A DNA stretch of 64,000 nt from an uncultured virus (IMG/VR IMGVR_UViG_3300043410_000946) (Duplodnaviria; Heunggongvirae; Uroviricota; Caudoviricetes): IMG/VR virus record IMGVR_UViG_3300043410_000946; one strand, 5' to 3'. The position numbers and the translations under genes are program-made. The notes under the pieces were generated by a model. The model did not search any database. It had not been told where the DNA came from and saw only the letters and a program-made list of their open reading frames with translations. Shown here in pieces: positions 28,845 to 38,017 of the stretch. The first letter of the stretch is position 1. Each line of letters starts with the position of its first letter.

Positions 28845-29162
28845 CTAAACAGCCTTAATCGCCTTATTGACCATTCTTATCAACATTCGTCTAGTAACCC
28901 TATCAGCGTTAAATGTCTCAGTATATCCGTTTTGAGGCATATCCTCTTTAGTCAGATAATATCCGTATCTTTCTCTTAGTGTGTTTAGTACTATAGATTC
29001 GACTGCTCTTGCCTTATCCCGTTCGAAAAAATGCCAATAGGAGACGAGTAGCCATCCTTTGGTCCTATGGGCAGCAAACCTCTTACCGCTTATATCTGAT
29101 ATCCCTATCTTGACAGCCCTATGAACTGGGCTATATAGGATATAGAGGATTGCTTCATTCAT
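28845..29162 (-). CDS. T5orf172 / GIY-YIG-like nuclease domain protein
   Basis: LYIL...VKIGIS...RF..H...E...GYTETF; leaderless ATG after TATAAT. Confidence 0.65.
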   Translation of the reverse strand: MNEAILYILYSPVHRAVKIGISDISGKRFAAHRTKGWLLVSYWHFFERDKARAVESIVLNTLRERYGYYLTKEDMPQNGYTETFNADRVTRRMLIRMVNKAIKAV

Positions 29163-29210
29163 AGGTCTATTATACTTGACATACCCTCGCCTATATGGGA
29201 TACTTATAGC

Positions 29211-29501
29211 ATGACTGTTTGGAAAGTATCTGCAACTGACGCTAACTCTATCTTGAGCCAGGATGCTATTGAGATCCTGCAAAAGTTAGAAGACCACAAA
29301 AATAGGCTTGAGATAGAAGAATATAATAAACTACTCAAGAAACTAGCCAAAGCCTACCCAGAGTTTAAATCCCAGATCTATTCTCTTAAGATTAGAACTG
29401 ATGACGATGGCAATAGGAAGAAGCCTAAGAACCTCAAAGAGGCTATGCAACTATCTCATGCTGAGAGAAAGCAACAGATTAGGCAGGCATTCCCTAGATG
29501 A
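29211..29501 (+). CDS. Hypothetical protein
   Basis: 96 aa ORF divergent from 29162. Confidence 0.5.
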   Translation: MTVWKVSATDANSILSQDAIEILQKLEDHKNRLEIEEYNKLLKKLAKAYPEFKSQIYSLKIRTDDDGNRKKPKNLKEAMQLSHAERKQQIRQAFPR

Positions 29502-29987
29502 CATGTAAGCATACCTGGTATATGAGGGAGCATGGGATTACTTGTACCAAGTGTCTCATTATCTGGGATAAGGACACCGATAGTGAGTCGCAAGACTCAT
29601 AGGATGGTTTGGATATCTCTATTTCGCCGCCGAACTTTAAAGACTTGACTTATTTTGCGCCGTAGGATATACTTGATACATGACAAAAATTACTAAAACT
29701 TTAGGATATCTTAATCTATTCTTCGTACTTTACTCATTTGCTATGGGTATCTACTCTCTTACAGAGTCTCCAATCAATTACTACAAAACTGGCTTTTGGC
29801 TTATGGTCTTGATTGCTAACCTTGGTGCTTACTTACAGTATTTGGGTAATCGTGACTAGGAAGTGTTATGTCTGCCGTCGCCATATTGACGACAAGTCCA
29901 CCTTCTATGTAAGCCCTGCCACTGGTAGGGTTGCTGAAACTGGTGTTGCATTCTGTATGGAATGTATCCCTGCAGCAGATAAAATCA

Positions 29988-30197
29988 ATGCTAGTTAGCC
30001 TTGAGATTCCAGATCCATTTGAGGTCTTTGTAGAGAACAAATATGCAAACTTCAAGGGTATGCGCTATGACTTCTTTGCTCGTGAGTGGACTGGCTCATG
30101 CTATAGTTGTGGAGAAGAACTTTATGCTCCAAACAAAAAAGATTATATTAAAACAAGATTATCACATACACGAAATGAGTGTTTAGGGGGTTACTAA
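29988..30197 (+). CDS. Small Zn-finger protein
   Basis: CYSC...H...C. Confidence 0.55.
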   Translation: MLVSLEIPDPFEVFVENKYANFKGMRYDFFAREWTGSCYSCGEELYAPNKKDYIKTRLSHTRNECLGGY

Positions 30198-30706
30198 TGG
30201 AACTAGGACTTTTACTATCTAATACACCTACGCAGTCCTATGAGGCTTACTGGGCTGATGCTGGTCTTACAATGATTGCTGAGGCTATTGCTGAATTCCG
30301 TGGTCAAACCTACGGAGAGTATGGCTATGGCAATTTGCTTACCTCAAACTCTGGTGAACCTGAGTATATCAATGATGTATTTGAGATGCGTTGTTATTGT
30401 TGGTGTGATGCTGGTTGGGACGAAAACCCTGATCATCCACATGCCAAAGGATGTCCTCCAAACTTCTTATACAAGAAAAATGGTTTAATCATTAATTGGT
30501 ATAAACACGCTGGGCGTGGTGTCACCTCAAATATGGAATATCCAGGTGCTAAGAACTGGTTCAAGGCTGTTTCTACATGTATTGAGAGCATTAAAGAGTA
30601 TAGTAATCCTAGTGAGTATTGTGACCATATGTTTGTTACCCCCGAAAATAAGGCTAAGGGAATCTGCGGTAGATGCGGTATTTCTTTTGATGAGTGGCAT
30701 GGATGA
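30197..30706 (+). CDS. Hypothetical protein with duplicated C-terminal Zn-ribbon
   Basis: PNF.YK...I.WYKH.GR; C-terminus shared with 33622-34002. Confidence 0.65.
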   Translation: MELGLLLSNTPTQSYEAYWADAGLTMIAEAIAEFRGQTYGEYGYGNLLTSNSGEPEYINDVFEMRCYCWCDAGWDENPDHPHAKGCPPNFLYKKNGLIINWYKHAGRGVTSNMEYPGAKNWFKAVSTCIESIKEYSNPSEYCDHMFVTPENKAKGICGRCGISFDEWHG

Positions 30707-30710
30707 AAAG
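30617..30710 (+). repeat. 94-bp direct repeat, copy 1
   Basis: Near-identical to 33913-34006. Confidence 0.85.
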
Positions 30711-31038
30711 CAAATCACAAATGAGACGAATTAACAAGACTGCTGAGTTTGATCCATTACGAAGTACTAATGTATTTCTTGAGCATACTGAGAACTGGAT
30801 TTATTGCCATGATATGCAAACTTGCTATGGTGATTTTTGTACCCTGCACAATCGCTCAGATCACCCTATGAGGCACTTGCCACAATCGTTTAGATTTGAT
30901 AGAATGATTATGGAAAGAATTTGTGAGCATGGGACAGGACACCCTGATCCAGATGAATTTAGAATTAGGAATGGAGAAGATGATGGAGTCCATGGATGCT
31001 GCGGATGTTGCAGGGGAATTACCTTCCAAGTGGAATAA
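30703..31038 (+). CDS. Cys/His-rich hypothetical protein
   Basis: C..HNRSDH.M...MERICEHGTGHPDPD...HGCCGCC. Confidence 0.65.
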   Translation: MKSKSQMRRINKTAEFDPLRSTNVFLEHTENWIYCHDMQTCYGDFCTLHNRSDHPMRHLPQSFRFDRMIMERICEHGTGHPDPDEFRIRNGEDDGVHGCCGCCRGITFQVE

Positions 31039-31396
31039 GATTGCCTACTGTGGTAAAGGTTGGTATTGGATTCTTGATGAGTTAGATAAGAAACTAACTT
31101 ATTTAGATCCTAACTACAAGATTGTTCAAATCAAAGAAAAATTTGGTGGTTTAAGATTTTACTTTGATACTGAAAATGTTGGGGTAGCAAGAGATATCAT
31201 GTATGACTGCCAAGCAGATGCTTACTACAAGGCTTCTGAAACATGTGAAACCTGTGGAAAAGGATCTTTTCGTGGCAAAGAGTATTATGACATTACAGTA
31301 AAACTTCGTGATGATGGTTGGTATAGAACACTTTGTGATCCTTGTGATGAAATAAGAAAGGCAAAGCGTGAACGACTTACCCAAGAACTTATTTGA
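30923..31396 (+). CDS. Conserved phage protein (GW..I...QIKEKFGGLRFY...CETCG); start uncertain
   Basis: Recognisable phage family motif. Confidence 0.65.
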   Translation: MSMGQDTLIQMNLELGMEKMMESMDAADVAGELPSKWNKIAYCGKGWYWILDELDKKLTYLDPNYKIVQIKEKFGGLRFYFDTENVGVARDIMYDCQADAYYKASETCETCGKGSFRGKEYYDITVKLRDDGWYRTLCDPCDEIRKAKRERLTQELI

Positions 31397-31556
31397 CAAT
31401 ATCACTCAAAAAGGATATGATTGGGGTATAGTATGTGTAGAACATAAGAAGCATATACCTTGCAGGACTTGTTTATATCAATCCCCTGCGACAATTCCAT
31501 ATTCAGAACAAGATGAAGATATTAAAATAGTTAGAGATTATCATAGGAGTAAATAA
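31368..31556 (+). CDS. Hypothetical protein
   Basis: CVEH...PCRTC. Confidence 0.5.
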   Translation: MNDLPKNLFDNITQKGYDWGIVCVEHKKHIPCRTCLYQSPATIPYSEQDEDIKIVRDYHRSK

Positions 31557-31924
31557 TGGAAGACGAATGGTTTGAACCAAGCGAGTCATACGACTCTCTA
31601 GTTGCATCTGCTGGAACTATTATTAAGGACTGGAACATTGGTGATTGGCAGGGTGATTATGTATACCTGCTAAAAAATGGCGATAAGTTTGGGTTTACCG
31701 TAGTGGGATATGGATCATGTTCTGTTTGCGATGCCCTGCAAAGTTGCGAAAACCAAGAAGAAGTTGATATACTAAAGAAGTCAATCATTGATGATATTTT
31801 CTGGGGTACTGTAGAAGAAGTAGAATCATATATTACTAATGCTGATGCCAATCGTTGGTATTTTTATGAGCATGACTGGAAGACTATTAAGAGAGAACTA
31901 AAAGCAGAATTAAGAAAGGGTTAA
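31556..31924 (+). CDS. Hypothetical protein
   Basis: AGGAG RBS; GYGSCSVCD. Confidence 0.65.
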   Translation: MEDEWFEPSESYDSLVASAGTIIKDWNIGDWQGDYVYLLKNGDKFGFTVVGYGSCSVCDALQSCENQEEVDILKKSIIDDIFWGTVEEVESYITNADANRWYFYEHDWKTIKRELKAELRKG

Positions 31925-32008
31925 GATGTATACCTATATAACTACAACTACATATCGTCCACGATACAAATTTCGTGCCAGAACATATAATAGAATTAGG
32001 ATAAAGAA

Positions 32009-32461
32009 GTGAGAGATTCAGTACAATACCTTGATGATTTAGCCAATCATTTTGCTCATCGTGATTGGGATTATACTAGAAATCATGGTATCAAGCATAT
32101 TAGATATGTGGATAATGATAGGGATGGTTTAGGATATAGGCTTGCAAGAAGTTTTAGATGGCTACTTAAGCGACCAGCATACTTTCCGCTATCTTTAAAA
32201 ATGAGTTTATGGCTTTCAGCATACGCTTTAAAGAAACAAGATAACTTACCAGATGGACATTTAGATGGCGGTAATGTAATCACTCATTGGGAAGAGACTG
32301 GAGAATATTTACAGATGGTTCAGCCTAGTGTTGGAGCATTACTAGTAAATTTTCTAAAAGAAGAACCTGATCATAAACATGCAAAGATAATTATTGCTGA
32401 ATTAGATAGACTATCAAACCGATATAGTGAAAGAATTAAGAATGGGGAAACAAGTGAATAA
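32009..32461 (+). CDS. Hypothetical protein
   Basis: 150 aa ORF in operon. Confidence 0.55.
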   Translation: MRDSVQYLDDLANHFAHRDWDYTRNHGIKHIRYVDNDRDGLGYRLARSFRWLLKRPAYFPLSLKMSLWLSAYALKKQDNLPDGHLDGGNVITHWEETGEYLQMVQPSVGALLVNFLKEEPDHKHAKIIIAELDRLSNRYSERIKNGETSE

Positions 32462-33620
32462 GATAACGGATAAACTAATTAATTGGGCTTCTATTGTAGA
32501 AGATGAGGCTTTGAATCAGGCTAAGAATACTTCTTCTATGCCTTTTGTATACCCCCACCTTGCACTGATGCCTGATGTTCACTTTGGTCGTGGCTCTACA
32601 GTAGGCTCTGTAGTCCCTACAAAGGGTGCTATCATGCCTGCATGTGTTGGAGTAGACATTGGCTGTGGAATGATGGCTGTAAAGACCTCACACAAGATTG
32701 AGAATCTTCCTGAATTAAATAAGCAGGGCATTCGTGAATCAATTCAATCACAAATTCCACTATCTGCTGGTAAGTATAATAATCGTATTAAGGATGATGC
32801 ACAAGATGAAGTAGCAATGCTTCAAGTATATGCTCGTGATGCAGGGTTTAATCCTGATGAACTAGATAAGAACTGGCGTGTGCAACTTGGATCACTTGGT
32901 TCTGGAAACCACTTCATTGAAGTAACAGTAGATGAGGATGGGTATGTTTGGTTATTCCTTCACTCTGGTTCTCGTGGTATTGGTAATAAGATTGCTTCAA
33001 AGCATATTAAGATTGCACAGAACTATTGTTCCGATATCGGTACTATACTTCCTGATCAAGATTTAGCATATCTTGTTGAAGGCACACCAGAGTTTAATGA
33101 GTATATTGCTCAAATGAACTGGGCACAAACATTTGCAATGATGAATCGTGAAGTTATGATGAAGCGTGTTAAGGCTGCATTCAAGTACCATGCTGGAGAG
33201 TTTGAAGTACTTGAAGAGGTTAACTGTCACCATAACTTTACTCAACAAGAAGAACACTTTGGTGAAAAACTTTGGATTACTCGTAAGGGTGCAATCTCTG
33301 CTAAGGCTGGGCAACTTGGTTTGATCCCTGGCTCAATGGGTGATTTGTCATATGTTGTTGAAGGGCTTGGAAACCCAATGTCTTATAATTCTGCTCCACA
33401 TGGTGCAGGTCGTCAGCATTCTCGTGGTTCTGCTCGTAAGACATTTACGATGGAAGACCTTGAGGAAAAAATGCAGGGTATTGAATGGTCACACTCTTCA
33501 GCATTCCTTGATGAGCACCCTGGTGCATACAAGCCTATTGACAAAGTAATGCAAGATGCTGTAGAATTAGTTAAAGTAAAGCACACATTCAAACAAATTA
33601 TTAATGTTAAGGGAGACTAA
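32442..33620 (+). CDS. rtcB: RtcB RNA ligase
   Basis: MPDVH.G.G, GVDIGCG, LGSGNHFIE, HSGSRG, HHN, RKGA, PGSMG, HGAGR, AYK, VKG. Confidence 0.95.
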   Translation: MGKQVNKITDKLINWASIVEDEALNQAKNTSSMPFVYPHLALMPDVHFGRGSTVGSVVPTKGAIMPACVGVDIGCGMMAVKTSHKIENLPELNKQGIRESIQSQIPLSAGKYNNRIKDDAQDEVAMLQVYARDAGFNPDELDKNWRVQLGSLGSGNHFIEVTVDEDGYVWLFLHSGSRGIGNKIASKHIKIAQNYCSDIGTILPDQDLAYLVEGTPEFNEYIAQMNWAQTFAMMNREVMMKRVKAAFKYHAGEFEVLEEVNCHHNFTQQEEHFGEKLWITRKGAISAKAGQLGLIPGSMGDLSYVVEGLGNPMSYNSAPHGAGRQHSRGSARKTFTMEDLEEKMQGIEWSHSSAFLDEHPGAYKPIDKVMQDAVELVKVKHTFKQIINVKGD

Positions 33621-33621
33621 T

Positions 33622-34002
33622 ATGTATTCACCAATTATTATTTTTAATCCAAATGGGTTAACAGACTATCAAATGAAGATAGTTAAAGAAGCACTAGATG
33701 ATGCTTATCGTGCAGGGTATGAGACTGCCAAGGAGTTTTATCAGTTAAAGATGACTATTCCTACTAATCCAGGTTTTGATAGCACACTTACAGTACCGCC
33801 ACAACAATGGACTGTAAATAACTGCTCTCATGGAGTTGAAAAGGGTACATACCCAACTGCGGGTATGACTTTTGCAGACACTGAGGGTACATTTGCAGAC
33901 ACCAAGAATGCTTATTGTGGTCATATGTTCGTTACCCCTGAAAATAAGGCTAAGGGAATCTGTGGATTATGTGGCATATCATTTGATGAATGGCATGGAT
34001 GA
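33622..34002 (+). CDS. Hypothetical protein with duplicated C-terminal Zn-ribbon
   Basis: GGGAG RBS; C-terminus shared with 30197-30706. Confidence 0.6.
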   Translation: MYSPIIIFNPNGLTDYQMKIVKEALDDAYRAGYETAKEFYQLKMTIPTNPGFDSTLTVPPQQWTVNNCSHGVEKGTYPTAGMTFADTEGTFADTKNAYCGHMFVTPENKAKGICGLCGISFDEWHG

Positions 34003-34006
34003 AAAG
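33913..34006 (+). repeat. 94-bp direct repeat, copy 2
   Basis: Near-identical to 30617-30710. Confidence 0.85.
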
Positions 34007-34107
34007 AATATTAAAGTGGGCTGATGAACACCCAACAACACTATACCTAATTCTATGCAGCACTTTTATAATTGTTGGGTCATTATTTTATGGTAGTGGG
34101 TGCAATA

Positions 34108-34365
34108 ATGGCTAGTTATCCTAACAGACCTGAAAAAGATAATTGGTTTGATGATTTTGGAATGCCAATACTGGTTATTGGATTAGTTGCACTTGCAATT
34201 ATTATTGCAGTATTTTTTACAGTGCAAGCAAAAGAAAACAAAGATCCAGGTTCTGGTGTTGTTTTTGTTGAAGGTACAAGTATTTATAAAGTTTGCGACG
34301 GTAGCAATCTAATTATTCAAGGCAGAAGCACAGTAGTTATTCAAAATAGCAGGGAGTGTATGTAA
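34108..34365 (+). CDS. Membrane protein
   Basis: One TM helix. Confidence 0.55.
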   Translation: MASYPNRPEKDNWFDDFGMPILVIGLVALAIIIAVFFTVQAKENKDPGSGVVFVEGTSIYKVCDGSNLIIQGRSTVVIQNSRECM

Positions 34366-34613
34366 TGGATAAAATTGAATGGCCAGAAGATCAATTAGAC
34401 TATTCAGATAGTTTTACTATTAAAGTAACTAAAGTTAACTATGGTGGCTTCTTTAATCATTGGGAAGCCAATATAGAATTTTCTGATACTAATGAGTATT
34501 ATTGTGAAGTTACCGCTCCAACTATGGGAGGGGCTATTGACGAAGTAATCAATTACCTGTATGATAGTAAGTATGAATGGACAAAGGATGATGCAAATGG
34601 TGCACCTAACTAA
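34365..34613 (+). CDS. Hypothetical protein
   Basis: Coupled ORF. Confidence 0.55.
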   Translation: MDKIEWPEDQLDYSDSFTIKVTKVNYGGFFNHWEANIEFSDTNEYYCEVTAPTMGGAIDEVINYLYDSKYEWTKDDANGAPN

Positions 34614-35142
34614 AATCTATACTAAGACTGGTGATAAAGGAATTACATCTACCGCAGATAATGTGCGTGTAGAAAAGTTTAGTCCACAAATTATTGCTAT
34701 TGGATCAATTGATGAAGCAAACTCTGCTATTGGTCTAATGACTCCAAATCCTATTCTTGATAAGATTCAGAATGATTTGTTTGATCTTGGTGCAGATGTG
34801 GCTGGCTCTGATACTGTGAAAATTAAACATAAACATATTACATACTTAGAGAAGATGATTGATGGATATGTTGTGACACAGGAGCCACTTAATTCTTTTG
34901 TACTACCTACTGGACCATTGCATTTTGCAAGAAGCCTAGTTCGCAGGGCAGAAAGAGATTTATGGTATGCAATTGAGATTGAAGAAATGTTAGATATTAC
35001 AATTAATCCATTAACTGCTACTTATCTTAATAGACTCTCCGATTTGCTATTTGTCATGGCTAGGGACTATAATAAAGGTAATGAAAAACTTTGGAAGCCA
35101 ATGGAGAGTGATGACAAAAATAACAAAATGCCCAACCTGTAA
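34597..35142 (+). CDS. ATP:cob(I)alamin adenosyltransferase, PduO type
   Basis: KIYTKTGDKG.T, GSIDEANS.IG, IQNDLFDLGA, FVLP, RRAER, YLNRLSDLLFVMAR. Confidence 0.9.
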   Translation: MVHLTKIYTKTGDKGITSTADNVRVEKFSPQIIAIGSIDEANSAIGLMTPNPILDKIQNDLFDLGADVAGSDTVKIKHKHITYLEKMIDGYVVTQEPLNSFVLPTGPLHFARSLVRRAERDLWYAIEIEEMLDITINPLTATYLNRLSDLLFVMARDYNKGNEKLWKPMESDDKNNKMPNL

Positions 35143-35256
35143 CGGCAATAGTAGTTTTGATTGGTTCTGGGATACACATCAAACCATGTCTGATGGAAAG
35201 ATATGGTGTGTAAATGTCAAGAGAGCCTAAGATTATGAAGATGGACTGGAAGTCCC

Positions 35257-35664
35257 TTGGATATGAAAGAGAGTATAAAGATGGAAGATTACGATGGGCT
35301 CCCATGGAAGTCTACAAGAATAGAGAGAACGAGGATAGTTCCACTAAGGCTGATTAGTAATTGGCTTGGTGGCATTGCTTCTGATCATTTACTCAAGGGT
35401 GTATTTCTTGATGAAGAGGGTAATTATGGATGGCGCTATAAATACCACGCAAAAATGTGGAAGTATTTAAATAAGCCCTATGAAAAATGGGGAACCTATT
35501 ATCGTCTTGACACAAGTTGGCTTGAGGGTTTACAATTAGACATGATGGGCTCTGCATGGGATGATTATGATAGTGATGGATTTGCTTATTGGGAATACTC
35601 ATGGCAGGAAGATCCAGTTACTGGTGATGCATGGAGAATTATAAAGCCTGACTTGCAAGGTTAA
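35257..35664 (+). CDS. Hypothetical protein (start uncertain)
   Basis: 135 aa ORF. Confidence 0.5.
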   Translation: MDMKESIKMEDYDGLPWKSTRIERTRIVPLRLISNWLGGIASDHLLKGVFLDEEGNYGWRYKYHAKMWKYLNKPYEKWGTYYRLDTSWLEGLQLDMMGSAWDDYDSDGFAYWEYSWQEDPVTGDAWRIIKPDLQG

Positions 35665-35718
35665 AAACTTTATGCTATAATTAAATAACAACCTTAACCA
35701 CTAGTGGGTTAAGTATTT

Positions 35719-35786
35719 ATCGTGGGTACTGGGTACTGATTGGCCTCCAAAACCGATCTTGCTGGGTTCGACTCCTAGACACGGTG
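35719..35786 (+). tRNA. Atypical tRNA-Trp(CCA) with reduced D-arm
   Basis: T-arm CTGGG-TTCGACT-CCTAG; anticodon loop CTCCAAA; D region only GTAC-TGG-GTAC. Confidence 0.55.
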
Positions 35787-35790
35787 CAAA

Positions 35791-35965
35791 CAAGGATCCG
35801 ACGGGAGACTTGGAATATGCCAGAACGAAGCGTTTGTCAGCAAGCGTGAGATTGGGCAGGTGGCCTTAACAGGTAAGACTAGTAATCTAAACACTTGGCA
35901 GGACTAAAGCGTATATCATACATTGATATTGTTGACTTGTCCTTGGTGGTAAAAGGCAATCCACC
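35791..35965 (+). ncRNA. Candidate multi-branched ncRNA in the tRNA operon
   Basis: Closing CAAGGA/TCCTTG, nested TGCCA/TGGCA and AGATT/AATCT, several hairpins; no ORF. Confidence 0.45.
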
Positions 35966-36044
35966 TATTCACAATTAAAAACTATTGCATGGGTTCTCTA
36001 AGTTGAAGCGATTGCAATAGTTTTTCTTTTGTAGTATACTAATA

Positions 36045-36121
36045 TGGCAGTGTAGAGCAGTTCGGAGTGCTCGTTGGCCTCATAAGCCAAAGGTCGTTGG
36101 TTCAAATCCAACCACTGCTAC
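36045..36121 (+). tRNA. tRNA-Met(CAT)
   Basis: TTGGC-CTCATAA-GCCAA; cloverleaf. Confidence 0.9.
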
Positions 36122-36202
36122 ATCACACACGCTTCAAGGTGGAGCAGCGGACTGTAAATCCGTCGTCGATAGACATGCTTGGTTCGATTCCAAGGTGTGG
36201 TA
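36122..36202 (+). tRNA. tRNA-Tyr(GTA)
   Basis: GCGGA-CTGTAAA-TCCGT; long variable arm. Confidence 0.85.
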
Positions 36203-36203
36203 C

Positions 36204-36280
36204 GCTCCATTAGTCCAATTGGTAGAGGCGCATGACTTAGGATCATGATGTTGGGAGTTCAAGTCTCTCATGGAGCACCA
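36204..36280 (+). tRNA. tRNA-Leu(TAG), short variable loop
   Basis: CATGA-CTTAGGA-TCATG; encoded CCA. Confidence 0.85.
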
Positions 36281-36281
36281 G

Positions 36282-36354
36282 GCCCCTCTAGCCCAGCGGT
36301 AGAGGCGGTGGACTTAAAATCCATACAGCACTGGTTCGAATCCAGTGAGGGGCA
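36282..36354 (+). tRNA. tRNA-Leu(TAA), short variable loop
   Basis: GTGGA-CTTAAAA-TCCAT. Confidence 0.85.
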
Positions 36355-36355
36355 C

Positions 36356-36511
36356 ATGGAAGAATATAAGGTAAGAAGAATGCTTGAACTAGCAAACAAA
36401 TTGCAAAAATTTGAAATAGCATTAAGATTGAAATGTGAGATTTGTGGACCAATCTTGCGTGGTGATAATCCTAATAGATATCCAAAATGTAAAAAACATA
36501 TTGACAAGTAG
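36356..36511 (+). CDS. Small Zn-finger protein inside the tRNA cluster
   Basis: ATG just after the tRNA; CEIC...C..H. Confidence 0.4.
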   Translation: MEEYKVRRMLELANKLQKFEIALRLKCEICGPILRGDNPNRYPKCKKHIDK

Positions 36512-36539
36512 GTTCGCACCTGCTATAATTAAATATATT

Positions 36540-36613
36540 GCGGATGTTGCATATTGGTAGTGCCTCTGCCTTCCAAGCAGAAGGGGTGAGTTCGATTCTC
36601 ATCATCCGCTCCA
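36540..36613 (+). tRNA. tRNA-Gly(TCC)
   Basis: TCTGC-CTTCCAA-GCAGA; encoded CCA; TTGACA/TATAAT promoter upstream. Confidence 0.9.
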
Positions 36614-36614
36614 G

Positions 36615-36686
36615 GCCTCCATCGTCTATCGGTTAGGACTTCAGATTTTCAATCTGGCAAGACGGGTTCGACTCCCGTTGGAGGTA
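36615..36686 (+). tRNA. tRNA-Glu(TTC)
   Basis: TCAGA-TTTTCAA-TCTGG. Confidence 0.9.
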
Positions 36687-36687
36687 C

Positions 36688-36770
36688 GGAAATATGGCAG
36701 AGTGGTCGAATGCAACGGTTTGCTAAATCGTAGATCGAAAGATCCATAGGTTCGAATCCTATTATTTCCG
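36688..36770 (+). tRNA. tRNA-Ser(GCT)
   Basis: ACGGT-TTGCTAA-ATCGT; variable arm GATC-GAAA-GATC. Confidence 0.9.
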
Positions 36771-36774
36771 CTGA

Positions 36775-36845
36775 TTCTCCTTCGTCCAACGGTAGGACTC
36801 CAGTTTTTGGCACTGGCAATCTTGGTTCGAATCCAGGGGGAGAAG
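36775..36845 (+). tRNA. tRNA-Gln(TTG)
   Basis: CCAGT-TTTTGGC-ACTGG. Confidence 0.9.
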
Positions 36846-36959
36846 CAAAGTTGACACAACGAGTGATTAGGAGTAGAATAGAACTATGCATCCTTTATTT
36901 GGTTTAGTATTTTTCTTTGCTGGTTGGTTTGTTTGTTATGTACAAATGAAAGATTATAA

Positions 36960-37427
36960 ATGAAACCTACTGCAATTATTTTTGATGTTGACGGAACACT
37001 AGCCAACATTGAGCCATATCTTCACCATATCAGAAATCTTGATAATGTGGATAACTTTAAAAAAGATTTTGATAAGTTTCATGAAGAGTCTGTTAATGCT
37101 AGACCTAACATGGAAGTTGTTCAAATGGTAAATCATGCTGTTGCTGATGGTCACGCCATTCTTGTTGTAACATCTAGAAAAGAAATGTGGAGACCACATA
37201 CTTCTATGTGGCTTGCAGTAAACGATATACGATCACATGCATTATTCATGCGTAGTAATAATGATGATAGAAAAGATTATGATGTAAAGCGTGACATATT
37301 AAAAAAGATTAATTCAATGTGGATAGTTGTCCACGCAGTTGATGATAATCCAGCAGTCATTAGACTGTGGGAAGAAAATAATATTCCAACTACAAAAATT
37401 GGGAATTGGGACGGAGATACGAATTGA
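36960..37427 (+). CDS. HAD-family phosphatase (T4 PNKP 3'-phosphatase-like)
   Basis: FDVDGTLA, VTSR, LFMR...DDR.D..VK, VDD. Confidence 0.8.
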   Translation: MKPTAIIFDVDGTLANIEPYLHHIRNLDNVDNFKKDFDKFHEESVNARPNMEVVQMVNHAVADGHAILVVTSRKEMWRPHTSMWLAVNDIRSHALFMRSNNDDRKDYDVKRDILKKINSMWIVVHAVDDNPAVIRLWEENNIPTTKIGNWDGDTN

Positions 37428-37663
37428 TTATACTATTAACAATATCTGCTTTTATTGGTGGGTATATTACATGTTATTTTGTTATGACAAGTGGAGTTGA
37501 ACAATAATGAGAAAGTATACTGTTGATCTTGGTGACGATGAGTTTATTACAATCCCAGAAAATATACGATACCAGATTGTTCAGGACCATCTAACTAAGT
37601 CGTACCACTGGGTGATTGGCTTTGGAATGCTCATTATAGGCTTTCTGTTGGGGGTTATAGCCT

Positions 37664-37933
37664 GTGGCTGATCCAAACCAGACACCTGCTAGGGGAGACT
37701 GGGCATGCCCCTGTAGTGGCTGCCAGAAGGCTGTAGCGTGGGAGAGAAAACAATTAATTCAGGCCTTAGTTGACTATGATATCTGGTACTTAAAATATCG
37801 TGGTTCATCATTTGACTCTATTACTGGAGAATTGCTATGGGCTAAAGATGATGCTGAAGCATTCCACGAAGGTATCCAGTATGCAATTAAACTAATTGAA
37901 GATAGAGCGCCAAAACCTAAAGCAAGAAAGTAA
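37664..37933 (+). CDS. Hypothetical protein
   Basis: CPCSGC motif. Confidence 0.5.
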   Translation: MADPNQTPARGDWACPCSGCQKAVAWERKQLIQALVDYDIWYLKYRGSSFDSITGELLWAKDDAEAFHEGIQYAIKLIEDRAPKPKARK

Positions 37934-37939
37934 AGACTA

Positions 37940-38013
37940 GCACCAGTAGCCAAGTTGGTCAAGGCCCCGAACTCATAATTCGGTTATCGTAGGTTCAAGT
38001 CCTACCTGGTGTA
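37940..38013 (+). tRNA. tRNA-Met/Ile2(CAT)
   Basis: CCGAA-CTCATAA-TTCGG. Confidence 0.85.
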
Positions 38014-38017
38014 CTAT

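Noticed and set aside
27559..28858. ORFs in the repeat-rich origin region
   Set aside because: No RBS, low-complexity translations; only the Cys-containing ends near 28640-28858 might be real
30617..34006. 94-bp repeat as a DGR template/variable pair
   Set aside because: Differences are mostly synonymous and not adenine-specific; no reverse transcriptase in the window
22087..35786. Two Trp tRNAs as a sign of TGA recoding
   Set aside because: Both anticodons are CCA, and genes terminate normally at TGA, TAG and TAA
36245..36891. ORFs 36245 (N-terminal part), 36268, 36641 and 36649
   Set aside because: They overlap clear tRNA genes
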